NCBI GenBank assembly: GCA_903925005.1
Contig: CAIYDX010000399.1
Span: 21,867 to 85,866 of the forward strand
Direction of reading: 5' to 3'
Origin: an uncultured Geobacteraceae bacterium
Lineage (GTDB): Bacteria; Desulfobacterota; Desulfuromonadia; Geobacterales; Pseudopelobacteraceae
DNA: 64,000 bases
Within the stretch, counting starts at the first letter, position 1; every line of letters begins with the position of its first letter. The translations under genes were made by a program, and so were the position numbers. Positions 8,231 through 16,775 of the stretch are shown here, piece by piece. The notes under the pieces are model-generated. The model was not told where the DNA came from. It made no database searches and was given only the letters and a program-made list of their open reading frames with translations.

Positions 8231-10432
8231 ATGGCTTTAGCGGCAGACATACAACAGCAGGTTTTTGACCTGCTCTCACACGCCTCCAATATCTCCTTTG
8301 TCACTGCGGATCGAGAGGCGGGCAGCGTAAGTCTGCTCACTCCCGGCCAACGTGTCAGCGCCGAAGTTCTCTCGACGCTGCCTAATAACCTGGTCCAGGT
8401 GCGGGTCGGATCCGAACAGTTCAACCTCGATCTGCCCATGACGGTTCGCGCCGGGCAGACTCTGGAAATGACTTATGTTTCCGGAGAGCCGCGTTCGACG
8501 TTTGCCATCGCCCGCCAGGCCGGCGCAGCTCCTCCGGTGAGTCTTTCCAATGCCTCCCGCCTGCTAAGTCTTCTGGTTTCAAATGAACGGATTATCGACC
8601 CGCAGCTCCGTTCATCGTTGCAGAGTATCGGCGACATGATGCGACGTACATCGGGCGAAACCGCCGTGCTGGCTAATCTGCTGGACGAGGCGCTGGTCTA
8701 TGGTTCCGGGAAGACTTCGGCACCGCTGTCACCTCAGGGCAGCGCCCCCTTGAGTGGATCGGGAGAAGAACCGGCAGCTAAAGGGTTAGCTCCGGACCAG
8801 GCGCGTCTGGCAACGTTTGAAGCAAATGCATCTCAAATCTTGCGCACGATCGCTCAAAATGCGCGTTTTACTCTGATCGAGGCCGCCAACCATCCAGTGA
8901 CACCGTTGCCGCTTCTGCCTGGCGAAGAGATCAACGCAACCATTGTCGGGACCATGCCGGGCGGCAAGGCTTTTGTACAGATAGCCGGGACGACACTGGA
9001 ACTGGCGCTGCCCCAGAAAGTTGCGACCGGTGAAATCCTGCGTCTAACGTTTCTGTCGGCGGAACCGAAGCCGACCTTTGCGCTTTCCCGTACAATCCCG
9101 GAGGGCACACCACCGGCACTGAGCGAGGCGGGGCGTTGGTTAAGCGTGCTGGAGCACAGCGAAGGGGGCATATCCAATCAGCAGGCTTATGTATTGGAAC
9201 GTCTGAATAGCGTGTTGAAAAGCCTCCCTCCTGATTCACCCGCATTCAGCGCCATTTCCGACGAGGCGCGGACTTATCAAAGAGGCATGCGGCAGCCAGC
9301 GGCTCCCGACCTCCAGGTAGCCGCCGAAATGTCGGGAACCGCACAAAATTCCGCAGCGTCCGGAAATGGTATTGTGTTGAGCGATGATATGGCCAAACTT
9401 CTTCAAGCCGTAATCAAGGGAAATCGTCTGGCGCTGCTTGAAGTGCTGAACCAGCAGATTCCGTCCGGCACGTTTGCTCCCGGCCAGCAGCTCAGCGGGG
9501 AGGTGCTGGCCGTATTGGGCGGTGGGCGTTTTACCGTTCAGGTGGCGGGGCAGATGCTTGAGTTCATTATGCCGAAGGGTGTCAAGCGTGGTGACCTGGT
9601 CACCCTGTTTTTCATAAGCGACGAACCGCATCAGACCTTCTTGATGGCCCGCTTCGGCCGTTTGGGTGACTCAAGGGTCAGCGACACCGGACGCTGGTTG
9701 AGCGGATTTCTGAGCGAAGCATCCGGCCAGGCGCCGGCTCAAGCTACTCTAAGCATTTTGCGAACATTATTGGCCGAGCCGACCGAGGATGCATCACTGC
9801 TCGGTCGAATGCTTCATCAGGGTCTTCGCGAAAGTGGCCTGTTTTATGAATCTCACCTTGCCCGATGGTTCGGCGGCGACTACCGGTTGGAAGAGATTCT
9901 CAGAGAGCCGCAGGGGCGCTTGTCTCCCCGTCTGCAACAGACGGAAGAACCGGCTGGCGCGGAATCCGATGAACTTACACGGGCCGGCATTCGAACCGGC
10001 TCGGCGGAAATAATGGAGGCGCTCTTTAACAGGGCCGGCGCCAATATGGCGCACGAAGGAATCGCGGATCGGCGCAGCCTGCCGATTGTCGGCGAACAGT
10101 TGTCTACGCTGCAGAGCGGGCAGATGATGTTTCGAGGCGATCTGTTCCCAGGCCGGAGTCTGGAATGGACAGTTGCCGAGCGGGAGGCGGGGCGTAACCA
10201 GTCCGGTGGTCGTGAACGAAATTGGGAGACCCGCGTATCCATCAACCTGCCGCATCTGGGGCCGGTTACGGCACTGCTCGCGCTTGATGGAACTCGTATC
10301 GCCGTAAAAATACATGCTGAAAACAGTGCGACCGTGCCGGTTCTGGAAGCTGGTAGGACGCGTCTGGTTGAGCAGTTAGAGGGGGCCGGACTGACACCGG
10401 CTGAAATGAGCGTAGGTCATGCCGCCACGTGA
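8231..10432 (+). CDS. FliK-domain (flagellar hook-length control-like C-terminal domain) protein with three about 190-aa internal modules
   Basis: 733 aa. The C-terminus (ETRVSINLPHLGPVTALLALDGTRIAVKIHAENSATVPVLEAGRTRLVEQLEGAGLT) follows the same pattern as the FliK C-terminus in this window (QITLTLSPDSLGELKMNLNLQGQKLSVEIVTENRTVRDAIVQHTDALKESLARQNIT). There are three internal repeats (see findings). Confidence 0.65.
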   Translation: MALAADIQQQVFDLLSHASNISFVTADREAGSVSLLTPGQRVSAEVLSTLPNNLVQVRVGSEQFNLDLPMTVRAGQTLEMTYVSGEPRSTFAIARQAGAAPPVSLSNASRLLSLLVSNERIIDPQLRSSLQSIGDMMRRTSGETAVLANLLDEALVYGSGKTSAPLSPQGSAPLSGSGEEPAAKGLAPDQARLATFEANASQILRTIAQNARFTLIEAANHPVTPLPLLPGEEINATIVGTMPGGKAFVQIAGTTLELALPQKVATGEILRLTFLSAEPKPTFALSRTIPEGTPPALSEAGRWLSVLEHSEGGISNQQAYVLERLNSVLKSLPPDSPAFSAISDEARTYQRGMRQPAAPDLQVAAEMSGTAQNSAASGNGIVLSDDMAKLLQAVIKGNRLALLEVLNQQIPSGTFAPGQQLSGEVLAVLGGGRFTVQVAGQMLEFIMPKGVKRGDLVTLFFISDEPHQTFLMARFGRLGDSRVSDTGRWLSGFLSEASGQAPAQATLSILRTLLAEPTEDASLLGRMLHQGLRESGLFYESHLARWFGGDYRLEEILREPQGRLSPRLQQTEEPAGAESDELTRAGIRTGSAEIMEALFNRAGANMAHEGIADRRSLPIVGEQLSTLQSGQMMFRGDLFPGRSLEWTVAEREAGRNQSGGRERNWETRVSINLPHLGPVTALLALDGTRIAVKIHAENSATVPVLEAGRTRLVEQLEGAGLTPAEMSVGHAAT

Positions 10433-10691
10433 CGATGAAGAAATCCGTGCTGCGGCGCTTTCCTATAAACAGGGCTATTATGCTCCGGTCGTAATTGCCC
10501 GGGGAAAAGGGGTTGTCGCCGAGGCGATCATTGCCTGTGCCCATGAAGCGGGCGTGTTTGTCCACGAGTCACCGGAACTGGTAAAATTGTTGATGCAGGT
10601 TGACAGTGATCAGTTCATCCCACCCGAGTTGTATCGGGCGGTCGCGGAAGTGCTGGTATGGCTTCAGTGGATGGAGAGTCAACAGAAATAA
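10419..10691 (+). CDS. Stand-alone FlhB C-terminal-domain protein (EscU/YscU/HrcU family, YlqH-like)
   Basis: 90 aa. It aligns to the C-terminus of the flhB product in this same window (APVV.A.G....AEAI..A.E......E...L......IP.ELY.AVAEVL). It starts just after the position of the NPTH cleavage site and overlaps the upstream gene by 14 nt. Confidence 0.85.
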   Translation: MPPRDDEEIRAAALSYKQGYYAPVVIARGKGVVAEAIIACAHEAGVFVHESPELVKLLMQVDSDQFIPPELYRAVAEVLVWLQWMESQQK

Positions 10692-10711
10692 TTTATTCGT
10701 CAGGAGGAGCG

Positions 10712-12121
10712 ATGCAGATCAAGTTTGGTACCGATGGGTGGCGTGGCGTTATCGCCCGCGATTTCACTTTTGAAAACCTGTCGCGGGTGGCGCAGGCCAC
10801 CATGGATTATCTGAACCGTGCCGGTTTAGGGGATAAGGGGCTGGTAATAGGTTACGACCGCCGTTTCATGTCACGGGATTTTGCCAGACGGGTGGCGGAG
10901 GTTGCGGCCGGTAACGGCATTCGTGTCCGTTTATCGGAGGATTATGCACCGACGCCGGCAATATCGTGGGCCGTGCGCGCGACCGGCTCAGGTGCCGGGG
11001 TGATGATAACCGCCAGCCATAATCCACCGGAGTATAACGGTTTTAAAGTCAAGGAGGCCTTTGGCGGGTCAGCGCTTCCTGAAACAACCAGAATTCTCGA
11101 AGAAATAGTAGCCTATAACATGGAGAATGGTCGTCGGGTCATAACGACTCCTTATGACGAGGCTTTAGCTAAGGGATCTATCGAACTTTTCGATCCTTGC
11201 GAAGGGTATTTCCACCAAATCAGTCGTTACGTTGACCTTGATCTGATCAAAAGGTCCGGGATTAAAGCGGTAGTTGATCCGATGTACGGAGCCGGAAGCG
11301 GCTATATACCTCGCCTGCTGTCAGTGGTTGATGAAATTCATGCCATTGAAAATCCTTCGTTCGGGGGAGTCCCGCCTGAGCCGATCAGCCAAAACCTCCA
11401 GGAATTGTCCACTCTCCTCAAAAGCGGAAAATACCGGGTCGGCCTGGCGCTGGACGGCGATGCCGACAGGATCGGCGCGGTTGACGAAAATGGAGAATTC
11501 TTTTCCTCTCACTGTATCTTTACCGTGATCCTGCGTCATTTGATTGAGTATAAGAAGATGACCGGCGCGGTCGTCAAGACGGTATCGACAACACGCATGG
11601 TAGACTTGCTGGCCGAAAAATTCGGGTTGGAACTCTTTGAAACGCCGATTGGGTTCAAGCATATCTGCGAACTGATGCTGAAGCATGATGTTCTCATGGG
11701 TGGCGAAGAGTCCGGAGGGCTTGGAGTGAAAGGGCATATCCCGGAGCGTGACGGAATTCTGCTCGGGCTTCTGCTGCTGGAGGCGGTCGCGGTCAGCGGC
11801 AAGGGGCTGCGGCAGCTGCTTGATGAGACGATGGACGATATCGGGCATTTCTATTACCAGCGAATCGATCGTCGTATCGAAGATGCCGACAAAGAACGAC
11901 TGATTGGGCAACTGCGCTCTAATCCTCCGGCAATGATTGATGGTCAGCGGGTTGCTGCCACCAATTTCAGCGATGGTTTCAAGTTTATCTTTGAAAATGG
12001 CGACTGGTTGCTGATCCGTCCGTCCGGAACCGAGCCGGTCTTGCGCCTTTACAGCGAGGCTGGGACATTGGATCAGGTCGAGCGTTTTCTGCGGCAGGCG
12101 TTAATGATTGCCGGTTGTTAG
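10712..12121 (+). CDS. Phosphoglucomutase/phosphomannomutase family protein
   Basis: ATG 10712 is preceded by AGGAGG (10702-10707). MQIKFGTDGWRG N-terminus, active-site TASHNPPEYNG, metal-binding LDGDADR. Confidence 0.9.
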   Translation: MQIKFGTDGWRGVIARDFTFENLSRVAQATMDYLNRAGLGDKGLVIGYDRRFMSRDFARRVAEVAAGNGIRVRLSEDYAPTPAISWAVRATGSGAGVMITASHNPPEYNGFKVKEAFGGSALPETTRILEEIVAYNMENGRRVITTPYDEALAKGSIELFDPCEGYFHQISRYVDLDLIKRSGIKAVVDPMYGAGSGYIPRLLSVVDEIHAIENPSFGGVPPEPISQNLQELSTLLKSGKYRVGLALDGDADRIGAVDENGEFFSSHCIFTVILRHLIEYKKMTGAVVKTVSTTRMVDLLAEKFGLELFETPIGFKHICELMLKHDVLMGGEESGGLGVKGHIPERDGILLGLLLLEAVAVSGKGLRQLLDETMDDIGHFYYQRIDRRIEDADKERLIGQLRSNPPAMIDGQRVAATNFSDGFKFIFENGDWLLIRPSGTEPVLRLYSEAGTLDQVERFLRQALMIAGC

Positions 12122-12123
12122 CT

Positions 12124-12141
12124 GATTTCCATCCGGAAATC
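12124..12141 (+). terminator. Weak stem-loop after the phosphohexomutase gene
   Basis: GATTTCC-ATCC-GGAAATC followed by AAAAAGATTTTT. The stem is short and AT-rich. Confidence 0.25.
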
Positions 12142-12172
12142 AAAAAGATTTTTGAGTATTGTCACAACACGG

Positions 12173-12214
12173 TTGCACTGGCGAAAAAAACAGTTATAAT
12201 CGTGCCGCCGATAC
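12173..12214 (+). promoter_or_regulatory. Candidate promoter upstream of cheY (sigma70-like, with an overlapping sigma28-like -10)
   Basis: TTGCAC (12173-12178), a 16-nt spacer, then TATAAT (12195-12200). GCCGATAC at 12207-12214 resembles the sigma28 -10 consensus GCCGATAA, but the -35 is poor. Confidence 0.35.
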
Positions 12215-12281
12215 GACTGACATTTGCAGAATAATAATCCATACTGACTATGGAAAAAAATAAGAAAAGGAGCACACTGCT

Positions 12282-12647
12282 ATGGCAAACATTCTGATTG
12301 TTGATGATTCATCCACCATGCGTAAAATCATTTCGAGATCTCTTCGGCAGGCAGGCCTGACCGTCGACGAAATCTACGAAGCGGGCGACGGTATCGAGGG
12401 CTTGGGAGTGATTGCGTCCGGTAAATCCATTCATCTGATACTCTCCGACATCAATATGCCGAACATGGACGGCCTTGAATTTGTCAAAGCGGTGCGGAGC
12501 AACGGCAATTCAACCCCTATCGTCATGATTACCACGGAAGGCGGCGAAGAGATCATTGCAGAAGCCATGTCGAGCGGCGCCAGCGACAGTATCAAAAAGC
12601 CGTTTACTCCGGATCAGCTCCAGGAAAAACTGGGGAGCCTTATATGA
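12282..12647 (+). CDS. cheY: CheY-like single-domain response regulator
   Basis: 121 aa with all receiver signature residues present (VDDSS, LILSDINMPNMDG, ITTEG, KKPF). Confidence 0.9.
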   Translation: MANILIVDDSSTMRKIISRSLRQAGLTVDEIYEAGDGIEGLGVIASGKSIHLILSDINMPNMDGLEFVKAVRSNGNSTPIVMITTEGGEEIIAEAMSSGASDSIKKPFTPDQLQEKLGSLI

Positions 12648-13150
12648 GCCTTAACAAGGAAGTCACCCAGACTACCAGCTTAACCGAAGAGCAGATAGCG
12701 GGTTACGTAATCGACGCGACCAAGGAAGTCTTCTCTACTATGGTCATGATGGAGGTGGTTGACGACTTCCCGCTTAAGGAGCCGGTCAGCCGTTTTAAAT
12801 GCAGTATTACCGGAATGGTCGGTTTTGCCGGGACCTACTCCGGAGTGATTTCGATCCACTGCCCGGTTCCCCTGGCACTGAAGGTTACCTCCAATATGCT
12901 TGGCGTTGATTGCGATGAGATTAACGATGACCTGAACGATGCTATCGGCGAAATTGCCAACATGCTTGGCGGCAGCGTCAAACAGGTGCTCTCCAAGGGG
13001 GGGCTGGATGTCAAACTTTCTATTCCGACAGTGATCTCGGGAGAAGACTATACCGTTAACTCGCTTTCCGATAACGATTGTGTCGTAGTCCCGTTTTCTT
13101 TCGAAGAGCATACGTTGCTGGTCGGGCTTACGCTGAAGAAGGAAGATTAG
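12644..13150 (+). CDS. cheX: CheX-type CheY-P phosphatase (CheC/CheX/FliY family)
   Basis: 168 aa. Exact D-x3-E-x2-N-x22-P motif (DAIGEIANM...22 residues...P). 4-nt overlap with cheY. Confidence 0.85.
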   Translation: MSLNKEVTQTTSLTEEQIAGYVIDATKEVFSTMVMMEVVDDFPLKEPVSRFKCSITGMVGFAGTYSGVISIHCPVPLALKVTSNMLGVDCDEINDDLNDAIGEIANMLGGSVKQVLSKGGLDVKLSIPTVISGEDYTVNSLSDNDCVVVPFSFEEHTLLVGLTLKKED

Positions 13151-13218
13151 CCCGCCTTGCCCGACTGCCATCACGCACGGCAATCATACTCTGAATCTGT
13201 ACCGGAAGACGATATCTG

Positions 13219-14292
13219 ATGGATAGTTATACAACGCTATACGGGATGCTGGAAACAGCTCTAAAGCAGGCCGGTGAAGAAAGCGGCATGCTGCTTGGGC
13301 AGGAACTTTCCATTGCTCTATCAGACTCGCTTTCAACCAGCAAGAGCTCCTATTTCGGTGGGCTTGACGACGGCTGCTTTGTTTTGGGTGTCGGTTCGGG
13401 CGAAGCCTACGTGGGGCAGCTCTATCTACTGTTTTCGCTGCGCGATGCCATTGTGCTGAGCAGCATTCTGCTCGGCATTCCCCCGGCACGAATTCAGGAA
13501 AAGAAGCGGCTCTCCATCATTGAAAACGATGATATCGACGCTTTTTCAGAGATTGCCAACATGGTAAACGGTGCGCTCAACACCGTTTTTCAGGGTGCAC
13601 TTCCCAATAAAGTCCGTCTCAAGCTGCTCTCCCCCAAGAAATACATTCCTGAAATCGATCAATTGACTCCTGAGTCGCCACTCCCGGACGGCGATTACGT
13701 GATGTTCCGGGCCAAGCTGGAAATGCCGGGCCAGGAGATGAATTACCTTGATGTGCTGATCCCGGTTGATTTGGCCGATCTGTTTGACCCTCAGCCTGTT
13801 GCCGCCGTCGAGGAAGAGGTTGAAGCGGTAACTGAGCCTGAAAAAGTCGAAGTCAGTGAAACAAAGAGCGTTACGGTGGATGATGGTGCCGAAAACATTC
13901 CCCCGGTTGACGCCGGAGTTGACAGTATTGTTGTGTTGGAGGATGACGAGGAACAACGCAAACTGATGATCGAGCTGGTTTCATTTACAGGTTATCAGGT
14001 TGCCGAAGGCACACTTAATGCAGATATTAAGGAGTTGTTTGAAGGTCGGAACGTAAAGCTTGTCATAATCGGCTCACAAGATGCCGATGATCGTGAATTG
14101 GCCGTCTGTATAAAGGTTAATGCCATCCGTCAGGATTTTCCTCCGCCGATAGTGATGAGTGCGGAATGCTGGACGAGGACGGCGGTACTGAAAGCACTCA
14201 AATACGGTGCGCGGGATATTATAATTAAGCCTTTCAATCGCGACGATGTGACTACGAAGATCCGCCGCTACTGTAAAATAGTGGCGGTTTAG
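13219..14292 (+). CDS. CheC/CheX-like domain fused to a degenerate receiver (pseudo-REC) domain
   Basis: 357 aa. N-terminal half carries DAFSEIANMVNG (D-x3-E-x2-N), followed by an acidic linker. C-terminal half has the REC fold pattern (VVLEDDEE.., IVMSAE, IIIKPF) but has Gly where the phospho-Asp is expected (KLVIIGSQD). Confidence 0.65.
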   Translation: MDSYTTLYGMLETALKQAGEESGMLLGQELSIALSDSLSTSKSSYFGGLDDGCFVLGVGSGEAYVGQLYLLFSLRDAIVLSSILLGIPPARIQEKKRLSIIENDDIDAFSEIANMVNGALNTVFQGALPNKVRLKLLSPKKYIPEIDQLTPESPLPDGDYVMFRAKLEMPGQEMNYLDVLIPVDLADLFDPQPVAAVEEEVEAVTEPEKVEVSETKSVTVDDGAENIPPVDAGVDSIVVLEDDEEQRKLMIELVSFTGYQVAEGTLNADIKELFEGRNVKLVIIGSQDADDRELAVCIKVNAIRQDFPPPIVMSAECWTRTAVLKALKYGARDIIIKPFNRDDVTTKIRRYCKIVAV

Positions 14293-14382
14293 ATTTTATC
14301 AAGTTAGAAGTTTTTCTGGAGGTATTCAGAAAAAATTCGTTAACGCACTTATCCTGTCATTCAGGGCTATGCGGGTCCGATT

Positions 14383-16494
14383 ATGGTTCAACATGCGGTT
14401 TCACAATCAGTTTTAGCTAGGTGGCATCCCCGGATACTTTTTTTCTCTGTTCTGCTGCTAATGCTTGCCGTCATGCTGTTGCCGCGCCAAGCCGATGCAT
14501 CCATTCCCAACCGTCTTTATCGGATAGATATCCATCCTCAAAAAGATTTCACCCGCCTGACAATCCGTTTGGCAGGTTCTCCCAAGTACTCATTAGCGGC
14601 TATTCCCGGCAATCGTCTGCGTCTTGTAATTGAAGATACCGGCGGCACATTATTTAAAAAATACCGGCGCTATTCCGACAAAAATATTGGCGGTCTGCTT
14701 TTGAAAAAGCGGGGCGAAAACCTGCTGGTGACCTTTCAGATCTCTCAGAAAGCCGGATGGCGCGATCTGACCCGCCCCGATATTAGCGCAATAACGCTTG
14801 ATATCGGGGCCCCATTTAAGCCGGGAGCGCCTCATCCTTCATTGGCGGGTCGCGAAAAAATCTGGCAGGGTGTTGAAAAGCTGGTGCGGGATTTTGATCC
14901 GCCGCTGAAATCGGAGATCCCTTTCACGCAAACGGATCGTCTTATATTGAAGAATGTCCTTTCTGAAGATGAACTGAATAATTTTATTGCGGCAGAGGCC
15001 GCCCTCTACAAGGGGCGACTTACTGAAGCCGAGGAGTTGTTTACCCGGTTTTCATCGCGCGAGGGGCCGATCCGACCGTTGTCGCTCTATCGTTTGGGCG
15101 AAACATGGTACAAACTGCAGAAGTATCCCCAGGCGTTGTCGGCTTTTCGTGAGGCGGAGAGGGTTTGGCCGGCTTACCTCGGGTTAAATCCGGGAGTGAC
15201 ATTTTACTATGGTGACTGTATCGCGAGGAGCGGAGAACTGACCTATGCCCGTTCTTTGCTTGCCGGCCTGGTTGCGCGGCTTGCCGACAAGGCCTTTACG
15301 CCGGCGCTGCTCGTGCGGTTGGGCGATATCCTCACCAGACAGGGGCATGAACCGGAAGCTCGTGCAATCTATCAGAATGTAGCGGAAAATTTTAAAGAAA
15401 ACAAAGCCAGCCAGATGGCGCTGATGAGGGTTGCCGACATTGAATTCCTTCACTCGACGCCATGGAATTATCGGCCCATCAGCGACGTGTATTTGAATGC
15501 TTCTCTAAAGAGTGGTGACCTTGACATGCGTGAAGAGGCACATTTCAAGCATGTTCTGCTCGAATCGATACATGGTGATGCCGGAGATGCGCTGCAGCAG
15601 GTAATGGGATTTCAGCGTAAGTTTCCGCGCGGCGTGTATGTTGCTGTGGTCAGGACGATGCGAGAAGTACTGGTCGGTGAAGTCTTCAGGCGTACCGCTT
15701 GGAACAAAGATGCTGCAGCTCTTGTGCGGTTTATGGATGAACAGCACGAATTTCTTGCCGGCTGTGTCGAACAGCCCGGTTTTCTTGCAACGGTTACCCG
15801 TGCCTATAACGAGGCTGGTAGGCCTATTGAGTTAGTCAAGTTATTGACCGCTTTGGCTGAACGGTTTTGGGCGACCCCTGTAGCGCCGGAGCTATATACC
15901 AGTATCGTTGATAATGCTGAGCTGATCGGAGATACCGCCACTGCCGAACGAACCATTAAAACTTTTCTCGGAAAACATCCTGCCAACCCGCGAGCACGAC
16001 TCATGACGGAACGGCTCGGTTCACTTTATTTTTCGACGGAAAAGTATCAGAGGGTCAATGAAACGCTCCTCTGGCTCCTCAACAAAGGGGAACACGCGCA
16101 ACGCATTGAAAGCTATTATCAGTTGGGGCGATCCCTCTGGGCGCTCCAGCTTTATTCGCAGGCGGCCAAATCGATTGATTTGTATCTCGCTGCCCCTTCG
16201 GGTCGCGATCCCCGTCTTGTGCCGGACGCATATTTTGTCGCCGGCTCGGCACGGGAAAGTCTTGGTGATCAAAAAGGCGCATTGAAACTGTTTGAGGCAG
16301 CGCTCAAGCTGCCGGAAAATAATCGTACTGAAGAGTTTATCTACAGAACCGGGCAGATTAACCTCCGCGAAGGAAACACCAAACGGGCAAAAGGGCTGTT
16401 CGACCAGCTTGCCAAAAACGGTAAAGATGCCGACTGGCAGAAACTAGCCCAACAAGCACTGATATCCCTTGAATCGCAATCTCCTAAACCATAA
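14383..16494 (+). CDS. Secreted or anchored AMIN-domain plus TPR-repeat protein
   Basis: 703 aa. N-terminal hydrophobic anchor and an AMIN-like block (YRIDIHPQKDFTRLTIRLAGSPKYSLAAIPGNRLRLVIED). The rest has multiple TPR-like A/Y/L-rich helical repeats. Confidence 0.7.
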   Translation: MVQHAVSQSVLARWHPRILFFSVLLLMLAVMLLPRQADASIPNRLYRIDIHPQKDFTRLTIRLAGSPKYSLAAIPGNRLRLVIEDTGGTLFKKYRRYSDKNIGGLLLKKRGENLLVTFQISQKAGWRDLTRPDISAITLDIGAPFKPGAPHPSLAGREKIWQGVEKLVRDFDPPLKSEIPFTQTDRLILKNVLSEDELNNFIAAEAALYKGRLTEAEELFTRFSSREGPIRPLSLYRLGETWYKLQKYPQALSAFREAERVWPAYLGLNPGVTFYYGDCIARSGELTYARSLLAGLVARLADKAFTPALLVRLGDILTRQGHEPEARAIYQNVAENFKENKASQMALMRVADIEFLHSTPWNYRPISDVYLNASLKSGDLDMREEAHFKHVLLESIHGDAGDALQQVMGFQRKFPRGVYVAVVRTMREVLVGEVFRRTAWNKDAAALVRFMDEQHEFLAGCVEQPGFLATVTRAYNEAGRPIELVKLLTALAERFWATPVAPELYTSIVDNAELIGDTATAERTIKTFLGKHPANPRARLMTERLGSLYFSTEKYQRVNETLLWLLNKGEHAQRIESYYQLGRSLWALQLYSQAAKSIDLYLAAPSGRDPRLVPDAYFVAGSARESLGDQKGALKLFEAALKLPENNRTEEFIYRTGQINLREGNTKRAKGLFDQLAKNGKDADWQKLAQQALISLESQSPKP

Positions 16495-16504
16495 AACTTA
16501 TCAT

Positions 16505-16528
16505 ACTAAGTCAATAATTTGACTTAGT
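16505..16528. repeat. Perfect 10-bp inverted repeat (ACTAAGTCAA-TAAT-TTGACTTAGT)
   Basis: Read directly. It lies 11 nt after the TPR gene stop and has no U-run. It could be an operator or enhancer site, or an RNA hairpin. Confidence 0.6.
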
Positions 16529-16775
16529 CAAAAGTATGGCATGTTTTGCGCCGCTATTAATGTGCCGGCAGCGTAGGCGTATCCCTTCCCATCGGCCTCT
16601 ATTTGGAGTATGATCAGTAAGCGGAATTTTGCGGTTCGAGGCGGTTAGCGCAGCCGACAAATCCGATAAAACGGAAGGTTATGGCGCTGACTTGAGTGCC
16701 TTGCTCCGGTATTTTATCTGCATATAATTGAAGGCGTCACTTATTAAATCGAATAGCTCCGTATGGCGTATTGGG

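Noticed and set aside
16537-16549. A second sigma54-like element, TGGCATGTTTTGC, in the flgB upstream region
   Set aside because: The GG-to-GC spacing is two nt shorter than the -24/-12 consensus. The element at 16776-16791 fits exactly.
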